From positions 1-64,000 of IMG/VR virus record IMGVR_UViG_3300036816_000007: a stretch of 64,000 nucleotides of DNA; one strand, written 5' to 3'. Below, piece by piece: positions 1 through 8,341 of this stretch. Both the position numbers and the translations under genes were made by a program. Numbering within the stretch: the first letter of the stretch is position 1; each line of letters begins with the position of its first letter. Below the pieces are notes generated by a model. It was not told the DNA's origin, ran no database searches, and worked only from the letters and a program-made list of their open reading frames with translations. This DNA is from a virus.

Positions 1-3
1 CTT

Positions 4-231
4 TCAGGACACCTTATGCTCAATTCTCAGCTTGTCAGCAACCATCGCGATGAATTCCGAATTCGTCGGTTTCGATTTGCTGATGTTAATCGTATAGCCA
101 AACAGGTGGCTGATGCTGTCGATGTTGCCACGTGTCCAAGCCACTTCAATGGCATGACGGATGGCACGTTCGACGCGAGATGGCGTTGTTTTGAACTTTT
201 CGGCAATCGCTGGATACAGAAATCCGCTAGT
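4..231 (-). pseudogene. spo0A: 3' fragment of spo0A (C-terminal effector-domain end only)
   Basis: Minus-strand translation: [75 protein letters not shown]. This matches the remembered Spo0A C-terminus (...[28 protein letters not shown]...[20 protein letters not shown]). An in-frame TAA at 232..234 closes the frame, and there is no receiver domain upstream. Confidence 0.8.
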
Positions 232-284
232 TTAAACGGTCAACGTGACGCAAAGTTTAGCGTGAACATACGCGAAATAGTCTG

Positions 285-344
285 TCGCTATAGCGATAAA
301 GATTTCGCAGCTTTATCGGAACATTTAGCGTAAATTTATCGCTA
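285..344. promoter_or_regulatory. Repeated TTATCG(C/G) sites and a 12-bp palindrome upstream of int; candidate arm, operator or promoter region next to the att junction
   Basis: Perfect palindrome TCGCTATAGCGA at 285..296. TAGCGATAAA (291..300) is inverted relative to TTTATCGCTA (335..344). A third copy, TTTATCGG, lies at 312..319. Confidence 0.4.
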
Positions 345-360
345 AAGGAGGCGCTGATAA

Positions 361-1392
361 ATGGCGCAGAAAACACCGAAGTTTACGTTTGTATCGAAAG
401 AGGGTAAGCCGCTTAAGCTTGCGTTAGGAGATCGCATCGCGCAGTTTCTCGATTCTAAGCGCAGAGAACGCCGCGCAGTAAAAACAATTAGCGCATACGC
501 GCAAGTCTTGAATCAATTCGAGAAGTGGTATAACGAACGTGAGTATGACGAAATTAATACGGAGATACTTCGAGAGTATATCGAATATTTAACATTCGGA
601 AAGGTACGTTGGGACGATCATCCTACGAGCCCGAACGGCGCAAAAGGACTCTCGCCTCGGACGATAAACAACGTTATACGCAACATGCGAATTTTCTTCA
701 ACTATTTAATAGAAGAGAGAGTGATCGCATACAACCCGATGGAGGCGGTTAAGTATCAAGCGGAGGCAAAGGATACTTTCGATATTTTCACCGACGACGA
801 GGTCGTTAAGCTGTTGAGCGCGCCGAATCGGAGAGTGTACACAGGCCGCCGCGACTATTGCATGATGCTCCTTCTCTGTGATACTGGCCTGCGTATTAAA
901 GAACTAACGAGCCTGCGCGTATCAGACGTTAACTTTAAAACGCGGCAAATCATAGTCCGCGCTGAAACGTCAAAAACGAATATGACTCGCGTAGTTCCCA
1001 TCTCTCCGCTTACCACACGTGAGCTTGAAAACTTGATTTCGTACATGGACGTAAGCGAGGACGATCCACTATGGCTTACTCAATTCGGCGAACGCTATTT
1101 CGGAGATACGTTCGCGAAGATGCTTAAACTTTACGCTAAACGCGTAGGCGTAACCGGACCGCGAGTGTCACCGCATACTTTTCGGCATTACTTTGCAGTG
1201 AAGTTCTTACGCGAAGGCGGAGATGCGTTGACACTGGCGCGAATTCTAGGCCATACGTCACTTAATATGACGCAGGTATACGCGAAGTTTACGGGCACAG
1301 ATATACGCGAACAACACGATAAAGCAAGTCCAATTTCAAACTTGATTGATAAGGGAAATGAAAAAAAGCGGGGCAGGAAAGTATTTAAGTAA
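361..1392 (+). CDS. int: Tyrosine-type site-specific integrase
   Basis: 343 aa. SD AAAGGAGG lies upstream of the ATG. The C-terminal catalytic signature is SPHTFRHYFA...LGHTSLNMTQVYAKF (R..HxxR..H..Y). It has an N-terminal SAM-like domain. Confidence 0.95.
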   Translation: MAQKTPKFTFVSKEGKPLKLALGDRIAQFLDSKRRERRAVKTISAYAQVLNQFEKWYNEREYDEINTEILREYIEYLTFGKVRWDDHPTSPNGAKGLSPRTINNVIRNMRIFFNYLIEERVIAYNPMEAVKYQAEAKDTFDIFTDDEVVKLLSAPNRRVYTGRRDYCMMLLLCDTGLRIKELTSLRVSDVNFKTRQIIVRAETSKTNMTRVVPISPLTTRELENLISYMDVSEDDPLWLTQFGERYFGDTFAKMLKLYAKRVGVTGPRVSPHTFRHYFAVKFLREGGDALTLARILGHTSLNMTQVYAKFTGTDIREQHDKASPISNLIDKGNEKKRGRKVFK

Positions 1393-1397
1393 CAATT

Positions 1398-1431
1398 GAC
1401 GAGGGTTAATCCCCCTCGTTTTTGCTTTTTT
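1398..1431 (+). terminator. Rho-independent terminator after int
   Basis: Stem ACGAGGG/CCCTCGT followed by TTTTGCTTTTTT. Confidence 0.8.
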
Positions 1432-1548
1432 ATTTCTTAAAACCGACCATGTGGTCGTATTTGCTCCCGCTTGTATAATCCGCCCCTCCCGCGCTATACT
1501 AAGAACAAACGTTCCGCTCTCGCGGATTCAAACGGAGGCTCCCCGCAC

Positions 1549-1947
1549 ATGATCGACATTACGCAGGAAGACCGCGCGCTCATCAAATCGCATATTATAC
1601 TGCCGCGTGTCCTCACCGCATTCGAACGTGACATTGCGCTCATCAACGCAACGTTAAAGACGCCCGGCCCGTACGTCGACGTTATAGCGGAAGCTCAGCG
1701 CAAGATCACCGCAGACATTTACGAGATCCGCAAACAGTTCCGTCAGCGCGGTATCAAAGTCTACGAAGAGGTGGCGGATAACGACGGAGTGACGGCGCGC
1801 TATAAATGTCGCGGATATGAATCGGAGATGAGGCTGCGGTGGTCTTCTATGGCTCCGCAGGCGGGCGTAATAATGCGGAAGTATCTAGGGTTGAACACGG
1901 ATAAGTACGTGGACCCGACGTTGCCGGAACGGATGCGGAATCTATAG
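1549..1947 (+). CDS. Hypothetical protein (int-proximal cargo gene)
   Basis: The ATG at 1549 is preceded by GGAGG. The longer track ORF from 1471 starts inside a TATAAT-like box and is unlikely. No recognisable motif. Confidence 0.6.
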   Translation: MIDITQEDRALIKSHIILPRVLTAFERDIALINATLKTPGPYVDVIAEAQRKITADIYEIRKQFRQRGIKVYEEVADNDGVTARYKCRGYESEMRLRWSSMAPQAGVIMRKYLGLNTDKYVDPTLPERMRNL

Positions 1948-2007
1948 TTGTCGGAATTACGCGTCCAAGGTATAATTGGGTATATTTACCTAAGCGGAGG
2001 TGTGCGG

Positions 2008-2577
2008 TTGAATAAGAAATTATTAATACTGTTTGGTCTAGTTTTTGTTATTATTTCCGGATGTAGCGGCACGTCAAAATTTGATGAACTGAAAGCCCAA
2101 GCCGAGACTCACTATGCAAACGGAGACTACATATCGGCGCTTGCCGTTTATGATAAGGCACTCGACGAAAAAGAGGACGCGGAGGTTAGAACCGAGGCAA
2201 CCCGCATCAAAGGCGAGGTCGACCGTATTAAGGAAGTTACGCGAATGTACAACGGAATCAAGGACGCGGGCACTTCCGCCAAGAACATTTATACTCCAGC
2301 AGAAGCAGTTGAGTATGCGCAGACTATTAATAAGATACTAGCTGAGATGGAAGCCTTCGATGTCTCCTCAAACGATAATCCAGGATTCTATATAAGTCAG
2401 CTCGTTAAATCCAGCGACTTCACGAATGCAAAGATTAATACGGGGCTCCTTGAAGTAAACCAATCGCTAGGTATATCCGATAAGAACGCGTACGAAGCAA
2501 CGCAGGAATTAATAACGGAAATGGACGCGCTATTAAATAAGTACGAATTACACAAAGGATTCGCAGCGGTCCAATAA
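2008..2577 (+). CDS. Lipoprotein with TPR-like segment (candidate lysogenic-conversion or exclusion factor)
   Basis: TTG start after GCGGAGG. Signal peptide plus lipobox: NKKLLILFGLVFVIISGC. YANGDYISALAVYDKAL is TPR-like. Confidence 0.65.
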   Translation: MNKKLLILFGLVFVIISGCSGTSKFDELKAQAETHYANGDYISALAVYDKALDEKEDAEVRTEATRIKGEVDRIKEVTRMYNGIKDAGTSAKNIYTPAEAVEYAQTINKILAEMEAFDVSSNDNPGFYISQLVKSSDFTNAKINTGLLEVNQSLGISDKNAYEATQELITEMDALLNKYELHKGFAAVQ

Positions 2578-2643
2578 ACGCAAAAATGGCGCAGCCCTCT
2601 ACGGAATCACTCCCGCGAGAACTGCGCCTCCTTTCATTACGTA

Positions 2644-2820
2644 CTATTCCGTTTTCTTAAACGTAGAGTATACGCCACTGCCGATCAATGCGTATGTTAC
2701 GAGATCAACTCCGATTTGCCACGTACCGAAGTCGGGCGCGACGTTATACTTTTCGAGCACTTGATACGCAAGCCCTACTGCTGCCGCGATGAACAGCGGA
2801 TTAGTTAATCGTTTCTTCAT
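2644..2820 (-). CDS. Small two-TM holin-like protein (58 aa, below the ORF-track cutoff)
   Basis: MKKRLTNPLFIAAAVGLAYQVLEKYNVAPDFGTWQIGVDLVTYALIGSGVYSTFKKTE. Two hydrophobic helices. The start lies 1 nt after the endolysin stop. Confidence 0.6.
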   Translation of the reverse strand: MKKRLTNPLFIAAAVGLAYQVLEKYNVAPDFGTWQIGVDLVTYALIGSGVYSTFKKTE

Positions 2821-2821
2821 A

Positions 2822-3460
2822 TTATACGCCCTCCTTCGTAATCGTCACCGTTTTAGTTTTCGAATCCCACATTACCTTCGCGCCTAGTGCTTCCGCTACT
2901 GCGCGTACAGGTACGTAGGTAACGCCCTCTTCAACGTAACCCTCTCCGACTTTCTTTCCGCCAACATTGACGGTTGCTTTTACGTCCTTCTTCACTTCCG
3001 CATCTCCCTTCGCTTCATTCCCGTAATAAGTACGCAAGTACTCAGTAGGCTCGACAACTCCGGACTCTGTTGCGGTATACCCATATTGAGGCGTGCAGGC
3101 TTTCCGTACTTCGTAATGAAGGTGTGGTCCCGTCGAAACTCCCGTACTTCCTTGCTTGCCGACTTCCTGTCCACGTTTAACTCGCTGGCCGACCGTAACT
3201 GCAGCCGATGATAAATGCGCGTATACGTGTAGGAATCCTTTGTCGTCTTTGACCGCGACTGTGATCCCGTAGCCTCCAAAGCCTGATCCGGTAGCGCCCA
3301 TCTTCGCGTGGAGGACTTCCCCCGCAACAAACGCATAAATCGGCCCCGTTGCCGGACTGACTACGAGGTCTACCCCTCTGTGAAACTTCTTCGTCTTATG
3401 AACCGGATGAATACGGTATCCGAACGGACTTGTCAACCGATAACTTTCGAATGGATTCAT
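2822..3460 (-). CDS. Endolysin: M23 (LytM-type) peptidase with C-terminal copper-amine-oxidase-N-like wall-binding domain
   Basis: HRGVDL and GPHLHYEV metal-binding motifs of peptidase M23. The C-terminus GVTYVPVRAVAEALGAKVMWDSKTKTVTI is typical of the Cu-amine-oxidase N-terminal-like domain. Confidence 0.85.
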   Translation of the reverse strand: MNPFESYRLTSPFGYRIHPVHKTKKFHRGVDLVVSPATGPIYAFVAGEVLHAKMGATGSGFGGYGITVAVKDDKGFLHVYAHLSSAAVTVGQRVKRGQEVGKQGSTGVSTGPHLHYEVRKACTPQYGYTATESGVVEPTEYLRTYYGNEAKGDAEVKKDVKATVNVGGKKVGEGYVEEGVTYVPVRAVAEALGAKVMWDSKTKTVTITKEGV

Positions 3461-3461
3461 A

Positions 3462-3770
3462 TTAACGCTCCCCTTTCATTACGGATTTGATTTCCGTTAC
3501 ATCCAGCGACAGACCTTCGTACTGAGACGCCAACGTTTCGAACCTTCCCGTTAGATCCTCGGCCAATCGCATAAGACGTTCCTCTCTCCGCAGCGCGTCC
3601 GAATACATCTGATCCTCGCGCTCTTTGGCGGCGGCCAACATACGGTCTTCCCGCGCCTTACCGTCGTCCTGTATACGCGCCATCTGACGCCAAAGTAAGA
3701 ATCCGACAACGACGAATAGGACCGCAAATAGGCCCTCCTTAATCGCGCTATTAAATACCGCTTGCTCCAT
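3462..3770 (-). CDS. BhlA/UviB-type holin-like protein (N-terminal TM plus coiled coil)
   Basis: Start at the ATG at 3770, after GGAGG. GLFAVLFVVVGFLLW forms a TM helix, followed by a charged coiled coil. It lies immediately upstream of the endolysin. Confidence 0.55.
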   Translation of the reverse strand: MEQAVFNSAIKEGLFAVLFVVVGFLLWRQMARIQDDGKAREDRMLAAAKEREDQMYSDALRREERLMRLAEDLTGRFETLASQYEGLSLDVTEIKSVMKGER

Positions 3771-3951
3771 CGGCCGCCTCCGTTTCCGCCTCAATCTGCG
3801 CTAGTGCCGTTCCGATTTCGTGATCTATTGCGCGGAGTATATCCGCTTGACTGTCCGGATGGTATGCGAGGATTGCGGAGATGACTGCGGACAATTCCGG
3901 AACAGGTTGCGCCAGGTCTATCGTACATTCGAGTAACGTGCGTGATTTCAT
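3751..3951 (-). CDS. Hypothetical protein
   Basis: 66 aa with SD AGGAGG upstream. Overlaps the next gene by 20 nt. Confidence 0.55.
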   Translation of the reverse strand: MKSRTLLECTIDLAQPVPELSAVISAILAYHPDSQADILRAIDHEIGTALAQIEAETEAADGASGI

Positions 3952-4007
3952 TTACTGCGCCTCCTATCGTGTGGTAAATTTATCTAAAAACTACGAGGTG
4001 TACCCGC

Positions 4008-4337
4008 TTGAAAACGTCTGACAAAATACTCCGCCATCTCAGCGCGAATGGCCGTACGTCCCATAAAACGTTATGTGACGAATTATTTAGCGGAGATGAA
4101 ACGAAGTTCCGCGAATCACTTGCGTATCTGGAATCGAAAGGCTTCGTCAAATCGCGCCTATCAGATCAACGCACGTTACATACGTGTTTCTCTACGATTA
4201 CTGATGCCGGCCTTGCGCAGCCCCTCGTAGAGAAAGATGAGAAGTCCGCATCCAGACGGCAGTTCATCCGAGAAGTGACGATCGCCCTAATAAGCGCGGT
4301 TGCCGGAGCAGTCGTCGGTTACTTTTTAGGCTCCTAA
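4008..4337 (+). CDS. Membrane-anchored winged-helix protein (cargo gene, opposite strand)
   Basis: TTG start after GAGGTG. N-terminal wHTH-like segment (SHKTLCDELF...LAYLESKGFV) and a C-terminal TM helix, ALISAVAGAVVGYFLG. Confidence 0.5.
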   Translation: MKTSDKILRHLSANGRTSHKTLCDELFSGDETKFRESLAYLESKGFVKSRLSDQRTLHTCFSTITDAGLAQPLVEKDEKSASRRQFIREVTIALISAVAGAVVGYFLGS

Positions 4338-4426
4338 AACAACGCCGTGAGGACGTAGGTAACAACAAGTGACGCGGAGAACGATATCCCGGCAATCGTA
4401 AGCTCGCGGCGAAATCTTTTATCCAT
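4334..4426 (-). CDS. 30-aa hydrophobic peptide
   Basis: MDKRFRRELTIAGISFSASLVVTYVLTALF with SD ACGGAGGA at good spacing. Below the ORF-track cutoff. Confidence 0.4.
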   Translation of the reverse strand: MDKRFRRELTIAGISFSASLVVTYVLTALF

Positions 4427-4498
4427 ACGTTTTCCTCCGTTTCTACACAACGCAAATAAGGCCCCACCGATTGGCGAGACCCTAGCGTAATTACTCGT

Positions 4499-5059
4499 TT
4501 ATTTAAGCGCGGCGAGTGCGGCTTCTGCTTGCGCGATATCTGCGTTGGCTTTCGCAATAGCCTCTTCATACTCATTGAGCGCGTCTGTTCGATCCGAATA
4601 TGTCGAAGGTTCCATACCCATGGACTTATAATTCTCGATCTCAGCAGCGATCCGATCCCGACCTTCTGTTCGAGGTTTGAGTATGTTACTCTCAATAACG
4701 CTTATCGTTTCTTGCAGCCTTTCCTTCGACCATCCCGTGTACTTAGTATCGGAAGTCTCCGTACTTACTTCTGCCTGTTTGGTTGAGTCCTCTACGTCGC
4801 TTGTCGTAACTGTAATAGTTTTTCCGCTCACTTTGATATCCGCCCCTAACGCCTCAGATATTCCGCGAACAGGTACGTTAGCTTTCCCGTCGATAACCGC
4901 GCCTTTATCCGCGAGCTTTTTACCGTCAACAATAACGGTATATTCTCCAGTTACCTTTTTACCGACGAGTGACTTAACGCTGTCCGCAAATGCACCGGCA
5001 GTTGTCGAAAGAACGAATCCGATCAATATACCGCCGGCAATGTATGCTACTTTTTTCAT
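4499..5059 (-). CDS. Secreted protein with copper-amine-oxidase-N-like domain
   Basis: Signal peptide MKKVAYIAGGILIGFVLSTTAGAFA. GKANVPVRGISEALGADIKVSGKTITV resembles the endolysin C-terminal domain. Confidence 0.75.
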   Translation of the reverse strand: MKKVAYIAGGILIGFVLSTTAGAFADSVKSLVGKKVTGEYTVIVDGKKLADKGAVIDGKANVPVRGISEALGADIKVSGKTITVTTSDVEDSTKQAEVSTETSDTKYTGWSKERLQETISVIESNILKPRTEGRDRIAAEIENYKSMGMEPSTYSDRTDALNEYEEAIAKANADIAQAEAALAALK

Positions 5060-5109
5060 GCTTAACCCCTCCGCGAATTGGTGTATGGTTCATATTTCCT
5101 ATACTACCA

Positions 5110-7260
5110 TTACGCGGAGGTTGTTGTGAAGGTTCCGCCACCCGTTCCTGGCTGGTTCTGGGCATTTCCGTGATTATGGTGCGCGGTGGTGACTTGGTGA
5201 GTGTGTCCTGCTGGAGATTTTGAGTTGACTGCACTCCATAGAGAGTCGATCTGTGCCTGTAATCCATTAATCTGGTCAATCTGCAACCTATTCGTAAAGC
5301 TGACAGTTCCCTGCAACGTTATGGACCCACTCAACGCACCTAAACGCAAATTGCTCGTACCCATCACGTGTAATTCGTTAGACACCGCATATATCAAGCC
5401 CTGCGATTGGCTTGACGTGTTATAGTACGTATGTCCGCTAATATTCGCGGAAGGGTTCGTGCCTAACGTAACGCGGCGCGCTCCTAACGAATCGTAGAAT
5501 ACGAAACCGTCCGGATCGAGCTCGATACGCTCACCGCTTGTTGCCGTTCGAATACGCGCACCTGTAATCGTACTGCCCGACGTAATATCCCCGCGAAACT
5601 CACCGCTCTGTGCCACCATGTGACCGCTGGAATTGACGGTAAATACACCGTTGCCGACGTTAATCGACGCGCCGACGATCGCGCCATTCGTAAAGTTAGA
5701 CGAAAAGATATTCGCAGAGTTAGCGGTCAAGCGGTTCGCCGTAACGTTGCCCGCCATATCTACGCGGAACGGTGCGGAGTTAAACACCGCGTGTCCTGCC
5801 GCGATCCCGTTCGTATTTATCTGCGTGACGTTGTTGCCTGCGCCGATGAGCAACGATACGAAGCTACCGAGCTGGCCGACGATGGCAGGCGCCGCTATTC
5901 CGTTCGCATTAATCGCAGTCATTGCGGTAGCTCCGCCGTCCTTACTGAAAATGATCCCGTTGGACGTCATAATGACTTGATTGCGCGCGTCCGTCTTATC
6001 CTGGAGGACGATACCGCGCGTATCATATTTAATCTCCGTTTTCGAGTTGTGTACGTCATTGACCGCAGCCTTCGCAAACGCCTCGAATACTTCCGTCCGG
6101 ATCGTCCCGTTACTAATCAGGTTGCTGACGATATTCTTCGCTTTCTCAAGGTCCGCGATAATGTCCGTCATGTCACGCAGCATCACGTTAGCAATCGTAA
6201 CCTGCGAATGCTGTTCGTTACTGTACGGATACTCGATGAGCTCCGTAATACGCGCGGTTATTCCGTTCATGCCGAGCGCGGGGTCTACGCAAGTCACTGT
6301 ATCGCCGAGGTCGGGCGCCGGCTCCGCGCTATCTAGCTTGTGTATGTCCGCAGCCGATACGGAGATTTCCAGCGCCGGTACTTCACTCTCGCGCAGGGCC
6401 TTACGCTGTGCTTCGAGTAAATCCGAGTACGTCGTAATATTCTGATCGATGAGCTCGCCGTCGTAGAACGCGTTAACGTCGGTCGCCCAATACTGCGCGT
6501 ATGGCGATATCAAGTAGTTGACCGCGAGGTTTCCGTTAACAATCGCGCCAGGAACGGAATTGAGTAGCGTCCTCTCATCCGCAGTCAGCATCGACGCAGG
6601 CTGTCCGATTAGTGTCCGGCCGTCTTTCATTTGCGCGTGCATCCGCGTAACTAACGTATTCGTATCGTCCTTAAACGAAGAGGATACGATGTTCTTGCGG
6701 ATACGATACTGCAAGCCCTTGTCTACGCCGATCTTCTTACGCAAATGGATCACGTAATTATCCGGCTCGACCTCCGCGCCATACATCGAAATTACGGCGT
6801 TCAGCGCTTCGAGTGCGTTGCCGCGTCCGAAGTCCTTAACGTCGTGTAGCGGAAACGTATCGTCGATCGAGAACGTGTACTTACCGCCAGTGGCCGCGCT
6901 AATCGCCGTGGTAAGCTGCGAGATGTGGACGCCGTAAGCTTCGGAGATATACGACGCGTACGGATACTTATAGTCCGCGAGTTTGAACATAACGTGTGAG
7001 CACTCGATGCTTGCGGTCAACTTACGTCCATCACGCGTACGGCTCCGGCTGTTAACGATGTAGTATTGGCCGCGCTCATCTTTAACGTGTCCTTTGAGTA
7101 CGATCTTATCGAGATAGTCCGCAGACGACATCGGCACCAGGAAGGACAGCGAATAGTCCGAATTAATCCGCCTTGTCCGCTGAATATCGTATGCGTCAAC
7201 GAGAATGCCGATACGCTTGCGATTCTTATCGTACGATTCGAGATATTTCTTTTGCGCCAA
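5110..7260 (-). CDS. Tail-associated lysin / minor structural protein (Tal-like, prophage tail endopeptidase family)
   Basis: 716 aa. The N-terminus (ILVDAYDIQRTRRINSDYSLSFLVP...LKGHVKDERGQYYIVNS) is typical of the phage minor structural protein N-terminal region. Position is downstream of the Dit pieces. Confidence 0.8.
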   Translation of the reverse strand: MAQKKYLESYDKNRKRIGILVDAYDIQRTRRINSDYSLSFLVPMSSADYLDKIVLKGHVKDERGQYYIVNSRSRTRDGRKLTASIECSHVMFKLADYKYPYASYISEAYGVHISQLTTAISAATGGKYTFSIDDTFPLHDVKDFGRGNALEALNAVISMYGAEVEPDNYVIHLRKKIGVDKGLQYRIRKNIVSSSFKDDTNTLVTRMHAQMKDGRTLIGQPASMLTADERTLLNSVPGAIVNGNLAVNYLISPYAQYWATDVNAFYDGELIDQNITTYSDLLEAQRKALRESEVPALEISVSAADIHKLDSAEPAPDLGDTVTCVDPALGMNGITARITELIEYPYSNEQHSQVTIANVMLRDMTDIIADLEKAKNIVSNLISNGTIRTEVFEAFAKAAVNDVHNSKTEIKYDTRGIVLQDKTDARNQVIMTSNGIIFSKDGGATAMTAINANGIAAPAIVGQLGSFVSLLIGAGNNVTQINTNGIAAGHAVFNSAPFRVDMAGNVTANRLTANSANIFSSNFTNGAIVGASINVGNGVFTVNSSGHMVAQSGEFRGDITSGSTITGARIRTATSGERIELDPDGFVFYDSLGARRVTLGTNPSANISGHTYYNTSSQSQGLIYAVSNELHVMGTSNLRLGALSGSITLQGTVSFTNRLQIDQINGLQAQIDSLWSAVNSKSPAGHTHQVTTAHHNHGNAQNQPGTGGGTFTTTSA

Positions 7261-7280
7261 AGTTGCGCCTCCTTTCCGCG

Positions 7281-7802
7281 TTAGTAGAGATACTTGTCGC
7301 GATGCGTTACGCGAGTCCGGACAGTGCGCGCCGCTTCCGTATCACGGTACGTAATCTTATTCGCTCCATAGACGAGATCGAAGAAATCGCCGGTCATTAA
7401 GTGAAGCGCAGTATCTCCGTTAATCGTCACCGTTTGCCGCTTCGTATCAATTACGATAACGTCGCCGGGTTTGAAGTCGCCACTATACGCAATTTCGTTT
7501 ACATGCGCGTGTGTTACGTTTACTACGAAATCCGTCGCCGTAGTTATAGACGCGCCAAATAACCGCTCGCGGACTAATTGCGCAAGCAGTTCGGTTGCTG
7601 TCGATATCTCCGCGTACATCGCCATCTCGCGGGTAAATTCCGCAGATAGGTCCGTCGCGCTTTCGAACGTAACCGTAACGGGAAAGTCCACGCTGATTCG
7701 CGTAGACAAGTCCGTTGCTGATTCGACAGTTACTGTAAAGAGCGCCTCGAACGAGAGTGTCCGGTTAAAAGGAGCCCGGTTAAATGGCGCTCGATTAAAC
7801 AT
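7281..7802 (-). CDS. C-terminal half of distal tail protein (Dit) fused to a novel 4x repeat N-terminus
   Basis: FKPGDVIVIDTKRQTVTINGDTALHLMTGDFFDLVYGANKITY aligns by eye with the SPP1 gp19.1 C-terminus FNTGDTLVIDCHERSVTLNGQD...LKPQVNTYL. The N-terminal ~100 aa carry four xxATDLxx repeats and an FNRAP tandem. Confidence 0.7.
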   Translation of the reverse strand: MFNRAPFNRAPFNRTLSFEALFTVTVESATDLSTRISVDFPVTVTFESATDLSAEFTREMAMYAEISTATELLAQLVRERLFGASITTATDFVVNVTHAHVNEIAYSGDFKPGDVIVIDTKRQTVTINGDTALHLMTGDFFDLVYGANKITYRDTEAARTVRTRVTHRDKYLY

Positions 7803-8025
7803 CGGACTTGCCGCCCGCCGTCTCCGCGTATTCCTCTTCCGTGATCCAACCGTTAGTGAGAGCGCGGTCGAGGTCCACCTTGTTGTACGTGGTGGATGCG
7901 TACTCTTTAACCGGCGCGATGTAGGCGGGTATGATGTCCGGAAATGACTTCGTACCGTGGCGGAAGATTGCGGTTGAGTACGCGACTTTAAGCGAATTGA
8001 TTATCGTTGCTGACGCTGTTCCCAT
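7795..8025 (-). CDS. XkdX-like small fibre-associated protein
   Basis: The C-terminus NGWITEEEYAETAG resembles the XkdX motif (..IT.EEY..ITG). Confidence 0.5.
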   Translation of the reverse strand: MGTASATIINSLKVAYSTAIFRHGTKSFPDIIPAYIAPVKEYASTTYNKVDLDRALTNGWITEEEYAETAGGKSDV

Positions 8026-8331
8026 TTACGCAGCACCTCCGTTAGCTAACGTTTCCCACAAGTCGATGACAGCGAGATTAAGCGCGGCTGTTTCCGCTTC
8101 GGCTGCGGATAGGCGCGCTTTAATCTCCGTTAATCCTTCGGCTGGCGTACCTTGCTCTGAATCAGATTTCAACGATTCGTCCAACACCGCTTTCCCGTCT
8201 TGCCAACGATAATAACCAGCATTGATTCCAATGGGAAGGGGTGTAGGAATGTCCACTTCTTGGTATCCATTGTATTCATACTCAATAATGTCCCGGATGA
8301 TGTTTCCGTCCGATTTGATATAAAATTTCAC
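8026..8331 (-). CDS. XkdW-like protein
   Basis: 101 aa with a small N-terminal domain plus a C-terminal coiled coil. Gene order fibre / W-like / X-like matches PBSX xkdV-W-X. Confidence 0.45.
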   Translation of the reverse strand: MKFYIKSDGNIIRDIIEYEYNGYQEVDIPTPLPIGINAGYYRWQDGKAVLDESLKSDSEQGTPAEGLTEIKARLSAAEAETAALNLAVIDLWETLANGGAA

Positions 8332-8341
8332 AGGGCACCTC

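Noticed and set aside
16-333. 105-aa plus-strand ORF at the window start
   Set aside because: It is the antisense reading of the spo0A 3' fragment, which has an unmistakable Spo0A C-terminal translation on the minus strand. It has no SD.
5201-7400. Plus-strand and out-of-frame ORFs overlapping the Tal gene (e.g. 5620..6336, 5981..6445)
   Set aside because: They have Arg/Ser-rich, non-protein-like composition and are nested in a well-supported 716-aa structural gene.
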